Assembly (NCBI GenBank): GCA_016210295.1
Contig: JACQUM010000018.1
Coordinates: forward strand, 1 to 35,565
Source: Chloroflexota bacterium
GTDB taxonomy: Bacteria; Chloroflexota; Dehalococcoidia; UBA6926; JACQUM01
Direction: 5' to 3'
DNA: 35,565 bases
The translations under genes and the position numbers were made by a program. Below are positions 8,075-16,205 of the stretch, piece by piece. The notes below the pieces were generated by a model. It was not told the origin of the DNA and did not search any database. It saw only the letters and a program-made list of their open reading frames with translations. The stretch's first letter is position 1. Every line of letters begins with the position of its first letter.

Positions 8075-9066
8075 GAAAGATCCGCTGGCCGTCTCCGCTT
8101 GGTATCCTCGCCATCGTGGGGGCTATGACTCTTCTGGTGGCGAGCTGTGCGCCGGCGCCAACCTCCATACCTTCTACTCCAACGCCCGCGCCCCCGGTGA
8201 AGATGCGCATCGGCCTCCTGCCCATCATCGACAGCGTCCCCTTCTACGCCGCCGAGGCCGACGGGCTGTTCAAGGCAGCGGGCCTGGAGGTGGAGCTGGT
8301 CACCTTCGCCAGTGCCTTCGAGCGGGACGCCGCGATCCAGAGCGGCCAGATCGACGGCCAGCTCGCCGACCTCATCGCCTCCGGCCTGCTCAACGCCCAG
8401 GAGCGTCGCATCCGCATCGTCAAGACGACCCACCGGGGCACCCCGGCGCGCTCGATGATCTCCCTTGTCGCAGGGAAGGCCAGCAGCATTAGCTCGCCTG
8501 CCGACCTCAAAGGGAAGAAGGTGGCCATCTCTCACAACACCATCATCGAGTACTCCGCCGACGAGCTGTTGAGGCAGGCTGGCGTGGACCCGAACTCTGT
8601 CGAGAAGGTGGAAGTCGCCCGGATACCGGTGCGGATGGAGATGCTCGCCCAGGGGCAGATCGAGGCGGCCATCCTTCCGGAGCCCCTGACGACCCTGGCG
8701 GTCAACACGGGAGGCAGGCTCCTCCTTGGCGATGGGCAGACCGGGACGGGCATCAGCGTCCTGGAGTTCCGCATCCCTTTCCTGGAGCAGAACAAGGAGG
8801 CGGTGCGGGCCTTCGTCGCCGCGCATGATAAGGCGGTGAAGGCGGCCAACGCGGACCCCGAGAAATACCGACCTCTCCTCTCGGAGAAGGCGAACCTGCC
8901 GGCGGTCTTGAAGGAGTCGTTCACGGTGCCGCTCTTCCCCGAGACGGACATCCCCACCCAGGCCGAGATCGACAGGGTCATGTCCTGGCTCGTGTCCAAA
9001 GGGCTCATCCCCAAGGCCGTGCCCTACAGTGAGATGGCGGACTCAAGCTTTCTCCCCCGCAAGTAG
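8071..9066 (+). CDS. ABC importer substrate-binding lipoprotein (NMT1/SsuA/TauA-like, NitT/TauT family)
   Basis: ATG 8071 overlaps the ubiX TGA. The signal peptide has the lipobox LLVASC. The pattern IGLLPIIDSVPFYAAEA...ELV.F.S matches this family. Confidence 0.85.
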   Translation: MRKIRWPSPLGILAIVGAMTLLVASCAPAPTSIPSTPTPAPPVKMRIGLLPIIDSVPFYAAEADGLFKAAGLEVELVTFASAFERDAAIQSGQIDGQLADLIASGLLNAQERRIRIVKTTHRGTPARSMISLVAGKASSISSPADLKGKKVAISHNTIIEYSADELLRQAGVDPNSVEKVEVARIPVRMEMLAQGQIEAAILPEPLTTLAVNTGGRLLLGDGQTGTGISVLEFRIPFLEQNKEAVRAFVAAHDKAVKAANADPEKYRPLLSEKANLPAVLKESFTVPLFPETDIPTQAEIDRVMSWLVSKGLIPKAVPYSEMADSSFLPRK

Positions 9067-9077
9067 GGCAAAGGAGA

Positions 9078-9863
9078 CTGCCCACGAATACCCAGCGTCC
9101 CCTTGCTCAGCTCCAGGGACTGAGCTTCGCCTATGAGAGGCGGACGCCCATCTTCGGCGACTTCACCTGGTCCGTGGAGAGAGGAGAGTCCTGGGCCATT
9201 ATCGGGCCTTCCGGGTGCGGCAAGACGACTCTTCTCTACCTCCTGGCAGGGCTCCGCCGGCCGGAGCGCGGTCAGGTTTTCGTCGCTAGTAAACCGCTGC
9301 GGGGGCCTCGCCGAGCCACCGGGCTCATCCTTCAGGACTACGGGCTTCTCCCGTGGGCGACTGCAGCGGAGAACATCGATCTTGGACTGCGCCTTCGCGG
9401 CATCGATGGGCGGGAGCGCCGGCGACGGGTAATGGAGTGGATGACCCACCTGGGCATCGCTAGCCTGGCGGGCCGGTACCCTGCGCAGCTCTCCGGCGGC
9501 CAGCGGCAGAGGGTCGCCATCGCCCGGACCCTGGCCTTGGAGCCGGACCTTCTCCTCATGGACGAGCCTTTCAGCGCCCTGGACGCCCTGACGAGGGAGG
9601 AGCTTCAGGGCCTCGCCTTAGAGCTGGCCGTCGGTCGGGGCTTGACCACAGTCCTGGTGACGCACAGCATCGAGGAGGCTGTCTTTCTGGGGCGCCGGAT
9701 CCTGGTCCTGGGCCATCCGCCTGTCAGCGCTCCCGACGTCATCGAAAATCCGGGAGCGGGAGATTCGAGCTATCGGGCCCAGCCGGAGTTCCATCGTGTG
9801 GTGCGGGAGCTGCGGCAGCGCATCCAGGGGACCCGGGCCGTCGTGGCGTCGAAAGGGGAGTAA
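9078..9863 (+). CDS. ABC importer ATP-binding protein (NitT/TauT family); start codon unresolved
   Basis: It has Walker A GPSGCGKTT, signature [13 protein letters not shown] and Walker B LLLMDEPFSALD. The first ATG/GTG/TTG in frame is GTG 9174, only 10 codons before Walker A. The conserved N-terminal strand and A-loop (LQGLSFAYERRTPIF) are encoded upstream of it. The 5' limit is set at CTG 9078 and is uncertain. Confidence 0.8.
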   Translation: MPTNTQRPLAQLQGLSFAYERRTPIFGDFTWSVERGESWAIIGPSGCGKTTLLYLLAGLRRPERGQVFVASKPLRGPRRATGLILQDYGLLPWATAAENIDLGLRLRGIDGRERRRRVMEWMTHLGIASLAGRYPAQLSGGQRQRVAIARTLALEPDLLLMDEPFSALDALTREELQGLALELAVGRGLTTVLVTHSIEEAVFLGRRILVLGHPPVSAPDVIENPGAGDSSYRAQPEFHRVVRELRQRIQGTRAVVASKGE

Positions 9864-9869
9864 GGGACG

Positions 9870-10634
9870 ATGCCTCGATGGCTGCGCCTTCCTACTGGCA
9901 CCAACATCGTTCTGGCGGGCTTGGCCCTTCTCCTGCTGTGGCAGGTAGGGGCCTGGCTTGTGAATTCCTCTATTCTCCCCGGCCCAGGCGGCGTCCTCCT
10001 CGCCTTCCCGTCGGAGCTGCGCCGCGGGCTGATGGGCCACGTGATGATCAGCGCTTACCGGGTGGGGGTGAGTATTCTGCTCGCCGGGGCGGTCGCGGCG
10101 CCGTTGGGGATGGTCATGGGCCTGAACCGCACGCTCTACACCTTCACTGCGCCCCTGGTGTACGTGAGCTATCCCATCCCCAAGATCGTCTTCTTACCTC
10201 TCTTTCTCCTCTTCTTCGGCCTGGGGGACATGCCCAAGATCGCCATGATTTTCCTCATCCTCTTTTTCCAGGTGCTTTTGCTGGTGCGGGACGCAGCCCA
10301 AAACGTGCGGGCCGAGCTGGTCTTTTCCGTGCGCTCCCTGGGAGCGCACGGATGGCAGCTCCTTCGTTACGTCTACTTCCCGGCGTCGCTTCCCGCGCTT
10401 CTCTCCGCCCTGCGGGTGAGCACCGGCACGGCGATAGCCGTCCTTTTCTTCGTGGAGAGCTTCGGCACCTCTTCGGGACTGGGCTACTACATCCTGGTGG
10501 AGTCCTGGGGCCGCTTGGATTACACGAGGATGTATGTTGGCGTGCTGAGCATGGCGCTGCTCGGCCTGGCGACCTACTACCTTCTCGACTTCCTGGAGGC
10601 CCGTCTCTGCCGGTGGACGCGGGTGGGAGGCTAA
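9870..10634 (+). CDS. ABC importer permease (NitT/TauT family, BPD-type)
   Basis: It has about six transmembrane helices and an EAA-like loop (VRDAAQNVRAELVFSVRSLGA). Confidence 0.9.
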   Translation: MPRWLRLPTGTNIVLAGLALLLLWQVGAWLVNSSILPGPGGVLLAFPSELRRGLMGHVMISAYRVGVSILLAGAVAAPLGMVMGLNRTLYTFTAPLVYVSYPIPKIVFLPLFLLFFGLGDMPKIAMIFLILFFQVLLLVRDAAQNVRAELVFSVRSLGAHGWQLLRYVYFPASLPALLSALRVSTGTAIAVLFFVESFGTSSGLGYYILVESWGRLDYTRMYVGVLSMALLGLATYYLLDFLEARLCRWTRVGG

Positions 10635-10687
10635 GGGGAAGAGAAAAAGAAGGAGCGCGTGGAGAGCGTTCTATACGGACAAGGAAG

Positions 10688-10730
10688 AAATAGGGAGGCC
10701 GCCCGCCTATGGCGGGCGGCCTCCCTATTT
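10688..10730. terminator. Bidirectional intrinsic terminator between convergent genes
   Basis: AAATAGGGAGGCCGCCCGCC-tat-GGCGGGCGGCCTCCCTATTT forms a perfect stem of about 20 bp, flanked by A and T runs. Confidence 0.75.
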
Positions 10731-10759
10731 GCGAGGGAAACTGCTCCCCTTCTTACCAC

Positions 10760-11722
10760 TTACCAGGAAGGATGCCTGTCGTTGGCGGGGTTGTCGGTGA
10801 CCTGGACGAGCTTTTGCAGGAGATCCTCCCCCGCTCCCGTGGGGACGAAGTAGACATTCCAATTGCCGTCTTTATCGGTGGAGAAGAGGACATAGCTACC
10901 GGCTGCCTGCCCCAAATCGCCCCAGACCGGCTGAATGGCGTTGAAGGAGGAGCTCTTGACGACCGGCTGCAGTCGGCGGCCATCGGTCTCCACCTCGTAG
11001 ACGGCGGCTTTGCCGTCGGTCTGGACCTCGAGGATGAGACGCGGTCGAACCTTCGGTGTCATCATTGAGGGGCGCCAGTCGCTTGCTGGCCGCTCGACGA
11101 TGACGCGCTCATCCTTGCCGATGATCATCGAGGCGAGGTCCAGCTCCTCTAAAGAGTCGCCCGTGGCCCAGGTGACGCGGCTGACGTCTGACTGGATGAT
11201 GGGAGTGAGGTTGAAGTTCTGGTTATCGGTGATCTGCTCCAGGTTGCTGCCGTCGGTGTTGACCGCGTAGATTTGGGGCCGGTCGTTGTTTTTCCCGGTG
11301 ACGGTCAGGGAGAGGAGCAGACGCGCGCCTTCGGCGTACCAGCTCGGACTACCAGCGACGCCCGCTTCCTTTGTGATGTTCTGCGGGTTGGAGCCGTCGA
11401 CGCCCATGATCCAGACGTCGGCCTTGCCGCCGCGGTCGCTCACGAAGGCCACCTTCGTCTTGTCGGGAGACATGGCGGGTTCGGTATCGGAGGCGGGGTT
11501 GTTGGTGAGGTTCTGGCGGCCCGTCCTGTCCGACCTGATGAAGTAGACCTCCCAGTTGCCGTCTCGGTCGGACTCGAAGACGATGGGGACAGCCGTGGCA
11601 GAGCCACCGCCGCCGCCGGGCGGCGCACCTTCGCCCCCGGGTGTGGTTGTGCCGCCTCCGCCACAGCCCGCAATGCCCAAAGTCAGGGCCGCCAGGGCAA
11701 AGCCGACCAGTAACCCCTTCAC
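10760..11722 (-). CDS. PD40/TolB-like beta-propeller lipoprotein
   Basis: GTG start with an AAGGAGGGAG RBS. The signal peptide ends in the lipobox GIAGC. Repeated motifs (DRDGNWEVY..., SPD.TKVAFVSDRGG..D.W) are PD40 repeats. Confidence 0.8.
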   Translation of the reverse strand: MKGLLVGFALAALTLGIAGCGGGGTTTPGGEGAPPGGGGGSATAVPIVFESDRDGNWEVYFIRSDRTGRQNLTNNPASDTEPAMSPDKTKVAFVSDRGGKADVWIMGVDGSNPQNITKEAGVAGSPSWYAEGARLLLSLTVTGKNNDRPQIYAVNTDGSNLEQITDNQNFNLTPIIQSDVSRVTWATGDSLEELDLASMIIGKDERVIVERPASDWRPSMMTPKVRPRLILEVQTDGKAAVYEVETDGRRLQPVVKSSSFNAIQPVWGDLGQAAGSYVLFSTDKDGNWNVYFVPTGAGEDLLQKLVQVTDNPANDRHPSW

Positions 11723-11807
11723 GCTCTCCCTCCTTGGAGCAGCCCCGGCTCGCCTGGTCTTTTCCGAAGAACTTGTCTGGCTTTACCGGGGTCCCGGGTA
11801 TCTTCTA

Positions 11808-12758
11808 TTAGTACCGAATCCGGGGGTCCAACCACCCGTAGAGGAGATCGACGAACAGGTTGGTCATGACGATGGTCACGCCCACCATCGTGACGATGAT
11901 CTGGACGACCGGGTAGTCGCGGTTGGTGATCCCCTGGACCATCATGCGCCCGATGCCCGGCAGGGCGAAGACCTGCTCGGTGACGACCAGGCCGCCCACG
12001 GTGACGGGTATGAAGAGGGCGATGAGGGTGACCACGGGAATCAGGGCGTTACGCAGGGCGTGGCGGATGATGACCACCCGCTCCGCCAGCCCTTTGGCGC
12101 GAGCTGTCCGAATATAGTCCTCGCGCAGCACCTCCAGCATGGTGGAGCGGGTCATGCGGAGCGGGACCGCTGAGAGGGAGTAACCGACGACTGAGGCCGG
12201 GAAGATGAGCTGCCCCAGGTTGCGCAGCGGGTCGTCCCATAACGGGATGTACCCTTGCTCCGGTATCCAGCCGAAGAACCGAATCAGAAGCAGGAGCAAG
12301 AGCATCCCAGACCAGAATGTAGGGATCGATAAACCTATGATGCTGAAGACGCGTAAGATGTAGTCCCAGGCGGTGTCCTGTTTGAGGGCGCTGATGATGC
12401 CCCCTGGGATGGCGATGGTCACGCCAATGACGATGGCCATGAGGCCGACCTGGGCGGAGAGGGGGAACTTCCGTCCGATGAGGAAGCTGTTGGGCTGGCG
12501 GTAAAAGTAGGACTCGCCGAAGTCGCCGCGGACGAAGCTCCAGAGCCAGTCGCCGTACTGGATATAGAGGGGCCGTTTCAAACCCAGCTCTTCCCGGAGT
12601 TTCTCCAGCTCCTCTTCACGGCCGATCATTCCCTCGCCGCCCAGCATGGCCAGGGCCACATCGCCGGGTGCGATGCGCATGACGACGAAGACGAGGAGGG
12701 TGACCCCCAGCGTGGTGGGGATGGCCAGCAAGAGCCGTCGGATGATGTATGCCCACAT
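11808..12758 (-). CDS. ABC permease, Dpp/Opp (DppB/OppB) type
   Basis: The N-terminus MWAYIIRRLLLAIPTTLGVTLLVFVVMR and the motif REDYIRTARAKGL are typical of the family. ATG 12758 has an AAAGGGGAG RBS. Confidence 0.9.
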   Translation of the reverse strand: MWAYIIRRLLLAIPTTLGVTLLVFVVMRIAPGDVALAMLGGEGMIGREEELEKLREELGLKRPLYIQYGDWLWSFVRGDFGESYFYRQPNSFLIGRKFPLSAQVGLMAIVIGVTIAIPGGIISALKQDTAWDYILRVFSIIGLSIPTFWSGMLLLLLLIRFFGWIPEQGYIPLWDDPLRNLGQLIFPASVVGYSLSAVPLRMTRSTMLEVLREDYIRTARAKGLAERVVIIRHALRNALIPVVTLIALFIPVTVGGLVVTEQVFALPGIGRMMVQGITNRDYPVVQIIVTMVGVTIVMTNLFVDLLYGWLDPRIRY

Positions 12759-12833
12759 AATGGCTCCCCTTTCTCGCACCCAGGCTCCCAAGGGGTAGCC
12801 TGGCCTCCCTCGACGAACGCAGTCTGGTACGGT

Positions 12834-12862
12834 AGTTTATGGGCGGCGGACTAGACTGTCAA
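12834..12862 (-). promoter_or_regulatory. Sigma-70-type promoter TTGACA-17 nt-TAAACT for the permease/PD40 unit
   Basis: On the minus strand, TTGACA lies at 12862-12857 and TAAACT at 12839-12834. This leaves a 5' UTR of about 70 nt containing a CCAGGCT...AGCCTGG hairpin. Confidence 0.5.
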
Positions 12863-12915
12863 GAATCCCTCGGTATCCGATGGTGAACTTTCCGGCGCCC
12901 TCTTTGTTTGGCAAG

Positions 12916-12989
12916 TGCCCCCAAGGGGATTCGAACCCCTGGTCTCCACCTTGAAAGGGTGATGTCCTAGGCCGCTAGACGATGGGGGC
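12916..12989 (-). tRNA. tRNA-Glu (anticodon UUC)
   Basis: The sequence is GCCCCCATCGTCTAGCGGCCTAGGACATCACCCTTTCAAGGTGGAGACCAGGGGTTCGAATCCCCTTGGGGGCA. It has a 7-bp acceptor stem, anticodon loop CTTTCAA and T-loop GGTTCGAATCC. It is close to E. coli tRNA-Glu as I remember it. CCA is not encoded. Confidence 0.9.
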
Positions 12990-13016
12990 CCTCAGTAGTT
13001 TCTACTATACGCTACT

Positions 13017-13204
13017 ACGAAGAGCCAAAGGGCGCTCCTAGCAAGTTGCTGAAAACCCTTTGACCATCCCCCTGTCCCCTTCCCTTCGGCAGGCTCGGAG
13101 CAAGCTCCGGCCAGGAAGAGGTGTGGAAATTATATCTGGCGGGCACCCCCAGGCCCCCCGTCAAAGGGGTAAACCCCCTTTGCACCCCTCTTTTTTTCAT
13201 CAGC
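13017..13204. repeat. Intergenic structured repeat, copy A; the core at 13127-13204 is inverted relative to copy B
   Basis: It shares ACGAAGAG...CTAGCAAG(T/G)TGCTGAAAA and a core of about 70 nt with 28828-28920. The core is GTGCA-hairpin-GGGGG..CTGGGGG.TGCCC.CCAGATATAATTT, about 80% identical by eye. Confidence 0.7.
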
Positions 13205-13207
13205 CTG

Positions 13208-14251
13208 TTAGGGATAGAACGCCAGGGTATCCAGTCCCTCCGTCTCCGGCAGGCCGAACATGAGGTTCATGTTTTGGATGGCCTGGCCTGCCGCCCCCTT
13301 GACCAGGTTGTCCAGGGTGGTGATGACCATGATCCGTCCAGTACGCAGGTCCATGACCGGGTAGACCTGAGTCATGTTGCTCCCCCAGGTCTGCTTGGTC
13401 TGGGGCGGCTCCTGGGTCACGTCAAGGAAGGGCTCGTTCTTGTAATAGTCGCGGAACAGGTCGGTGAGGCGCTTCTGTCCCTGAGCGCTGATGGGCAGAC
13501 GAGAGTCGGCGGGCTTCACGTAGATGGTGCTGAGAATTCCCCGGGTCATGGGGATGAGGTGGGGGACAAAGGTCACCTGCCAGGGCTGCGAGGTGTCCAT
13601 CTGGCGCAGCTCCTGGGTGATCTCCGGCAGGTGGCGGTGCCCCTCCAGGCCATAGGCGGAGACGTTCTCGTCCGCCTCGGAGAAGTGGACGTTCAGGCTG
13701 AGGGTGCGGCCCGCGCCAGAAACACCTGACTTGGCGTCTATGATAACGTCCGGCCCGATGAGCCTCTCCTTGACCAGGGGCGCCAGGCCCAGGAGGGCAC
13801 CTGTGGGGTAGCAGCCCGGGTTCGCCACGAGACGGGCGGAGGCGATCTCCCGGCGATGGAGCTCGGTGAGGCCGTAGACCGCCTCTTCCAGGTATTGCGG
13901 GCCGGGGTGAGTCACCTTGTACCACGACTCGTACTCGTGGACGTCTTTGAGCCGGAAGTCGGCGGAGATGTCCACGACCTTGGCCCCCTTCTCCAGGGAC
14001 TGGATGCAAGCCTCGGCGCTGGCCTTGTGGGGCAGGGCGGAGAAGGCGACGTCCACGCCCTCTAGCTCGTCCTTTTCGATGATGGGCAGGCCCATCTTGA
14101 CCAGGTGGGGGAAGACGCTGTCCAGACGCTTTCCCGCCATGCTGCGGCCCGTGACGGCCACGAGCTGAGCGTCGAGATGGTGGCGGAGGATGCGAGCGAG
14201 CTCCATTCCCGCGTAGCCCGTCACGTTGATGATGCCGACTTTGACTGTCAT
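13208..14251 (-). CDS. argC: N-acetyl-gamma-glutamyl-phosphate reductase
   Basis: It has VGIINVTGYAGMELARIL and the active-site motif ANPGCYPT, at 347 aa. Confidence 0.95.
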   Translation of the reverse strand: MTVKVGIINVTGYAGMELARILRHHLDAQLVAVTGRSMAGKRLDSVFPHLVKMGLPIIEKDELEGVDVAFSALPHKASAEACIQSLEKGAKVVDISADFRLKDVHEYESWYKVTHPGPQYLEEAVYGLTELHRREIASARLVANPGCYPTGALLGLAPLVKERLIGPDVIIDAKSGVSGAGRTLSLNVHFSEADENVSAYGLEGHRHLPEITQELRQMDTSQPWQVTFVPHLIPMTRGILSTIYVKPADSRLPISAQGQKRLTDLFRDYYKNEPFLDVTQEPPQTKQTWGSNMTQVYPVMDLRTGRIMVITTLDNLVKGAAGQAIQNMNLMFGLPETEGLDTLAFYP

Positions 14252-14328
14252 GGCGTGTCCTTCCTCTTTGGTTTACGGTATCACAATAATCGTTCCGGTT
14301 CTGCGTCGCCTGCCGATCAGGGGAAGGC

Positions 14329-15015
14329 TTAGCCCGGCGTTTCCTGTCTGACTATCTGCCCGTCCCGCATGTGGATGATCCTTCTTGTCCTTGTGGCTAG
14401 CTCCGGGTTGTGGGTCACCAAGAGTATGGTCTGACCCTCCTTGTTGAGGTCGGCTAGCATGTCCACAATCTGTAAACCTTGGGAGCTGTCCAGGTTCCCA
14501 GTTGGCTCATCGGCAAGGATCAATTCGGGGCTCTTAGATAGAGCCCGGGCAATAGCCACCCTCTGCCGCTCGCCCCCGGACATCTGGCGGGGCAAGTGCC
14601 TCATCCGGTGGGCGAGTCCGACTCTCTCCAGGGCCTCCTCCGCTGTCCGTGAGGCTCTGGCACCCCCTATGCCAGCCACCCGCAGCTGTTACGCTACATT
14701 GTCTTTGGCGCTCAGGGTGGGCATCAGGTTGAAGGTCTGGAAGACAAAGCCTACCCGCCTCGCCCGAATGTTAGTTAGCCTTGCGTCCCCCGCCTTTGAT
14801 ACGTCCTCTCCCGCGAATATGACCTTACCCTTTGTTGGCCTGTCGAGGCAGCCGAGAAGGTGAAGGAGCGTGGACTTGCCTGAACCGGATGGCCCGACAA
14901 TAGCTGAGAAGTCTCCTTTCTCCACAGATAGATGCACCCCTTGCAAGGCGGGCACCTCCACCTCGTCCAGCTTGTAGATGCGCCACAGGCTCTCGGCCCG
15001 CACGATCTCACTCAT
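14329..15015 (-). pseudogene. MacB/LolD-type ABC ATPase interrupted by an in-frame TAA (14691-14689)
   Basis: ORFs 14689..15030 (Walker A GPSGSGKST) and 14329..14679 ([27 protein letters not shown]) are collinear in one frame. The junction reads ...[19 protein letters not shown]..., where homologues have NVALPL. ATG 15015 overlaps the upstream permease stop. Confidence 0.8.
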
Positions 15016-16167
15016 AGTGGAGGGCCTCAAGGGGAGAGATCCTGGTGGCCTGCCAGGCCGGTAAGAAGGCCGCGATCATGGAGAGGAGCACGGCGGCTGT
15101 CACGATTTGAATCAAGCTGCCTGCTTCCACCACCTCGGCCAACCCGAATCCGACGAGTCTGTCGAGGAGGAACGCGATAGGGATGGAGAGGACGCCGCCG
15201 ATAAAGCCGATGAGCATGGCTTCGAAGATAATAGTGCGGAGCACCAGCCAGCGGGAGCCCCCGATGGCCCGGAGCGTGCCGATCTCCCTGGTGCGCTCGG
15301 AGACGGCCATCACCATCACGATCAGGACCACGACAGCAGCAATCACGTAGACGGTGTTGTTGATCAGGCGGAAGAAAATGCGCTGCCCCTCCATCACAGC
15401 ATCCAGGTTCTCAGCTATTTCCTCCTGGGTCACCACGGAGAGCTTCGGGTGTCTTTCTCGGATACCTTCTGCTACGGGAGCGACATCCGATACTCGCAAG
15501 GCGGTTATCAGCAACGCCGAGACGGAGCCGGGCTGATTGAAGACATCCTGGGCTGTCCCCAGGGGCATTAGCACGACGGGAGCCATCACCCTGTTGTCGA
15601 ACTCCTTCCCCGCTAGGAGGCCCGCCACCTGCAATCGTTCGCCTGCCACCGTTATGCCATCCCCCACGCTGGGCCCCCCGAAAAAGAGGCTTGATAAGGG
15701 ACCCAGAATGACCTCGCGGGCCCTCGGCCCTGTGAAGCTCAGTGTGCCGCCTTTCACTAAGGCCTCTTTGCCAACGTAGGCCCCGATCTTGTCCGGCTCT
15801 ATTCCCACGGCGAGAGCCTGAGGTGGTGCGTTGGGGAAGGGGGGCGGAGCAAGCAGGCGGAAGATGATCGGCGTCGTGCCTTCGTCATCAACCCGGCCCG
15901 CCACTTCCTGGATGATCTGCCGCGCCTCTTCTTCTTTCAGAGTGCTGTTTATCGGGGGGAACTCCTGGCCCCCATCCCGGCACCGGCCTGGGAGCGCACA
16001 TACATCTGACCGGCGTACTTGGCCAGCTCTCGCTGCATGTCCCGTTCCGTGAAGTCCAGGATGGTGGTCAGGAGGATAACGAGCTCCAGGGCCACGCCGA
16101 TGCCTACGATAGTCAGGATGGTGCGTGTCTTGCGCATCCACAAGTTTTTCCAGGCCAAGTCCAACAT
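15008..16167 (-). pseudogene. FtsX/MacB-type ABC permease with a frameshift near 15950-15990
   Basis: The true N-terminus (MLDLAWKNLWMRKTRTILTIVGIGVALELVILL, ATG 16167 with a GAGG RBS) lies in the frame of ORF 15949..16197 and stops at 15949. The rest of the protein, including the FtsX C-terminal domain, is in the frame of ORF 15008..16201. The junction lies in G5/C6 homopolymer runs. Confidence 0.8.
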
Positions 16168-16205
16168 CGTTGACCTCGACGACGGGGATCCTCTCAATCA
16201 ATTCT

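Noticed and set aside
6262-9066. N-terminal extensions of the ORF-track entries 6262..7464, 7645..9066 and 19590..21314.
   Set aside because: The extensions lie inside the preceding genes and are Arg/Gly/Pro-rich. Proper starts with RBS or stop-start overlaps exist at 6574, 8071 and 20337.
12916-12989. Whether the only tRNA in the window is tRNA-Sec.
   Set aside because: The anticodon loop reads CTTTCAA (UUC). The acceptor stem is 7 bp, the variable arm is short, and the length is 74 nt. It is an ordinary tRNA-Glu.
15950-15990. Programmed ribosomal frameshifting in the FtsX permease.
   Set aside because: There is no X-XXY-YYZ slippery heptamer or downstream pseudoknot that I can see. The partner ATPase carries an independent nonsense codon. 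Decay or homopolymer sequencing error is more parsimonious.
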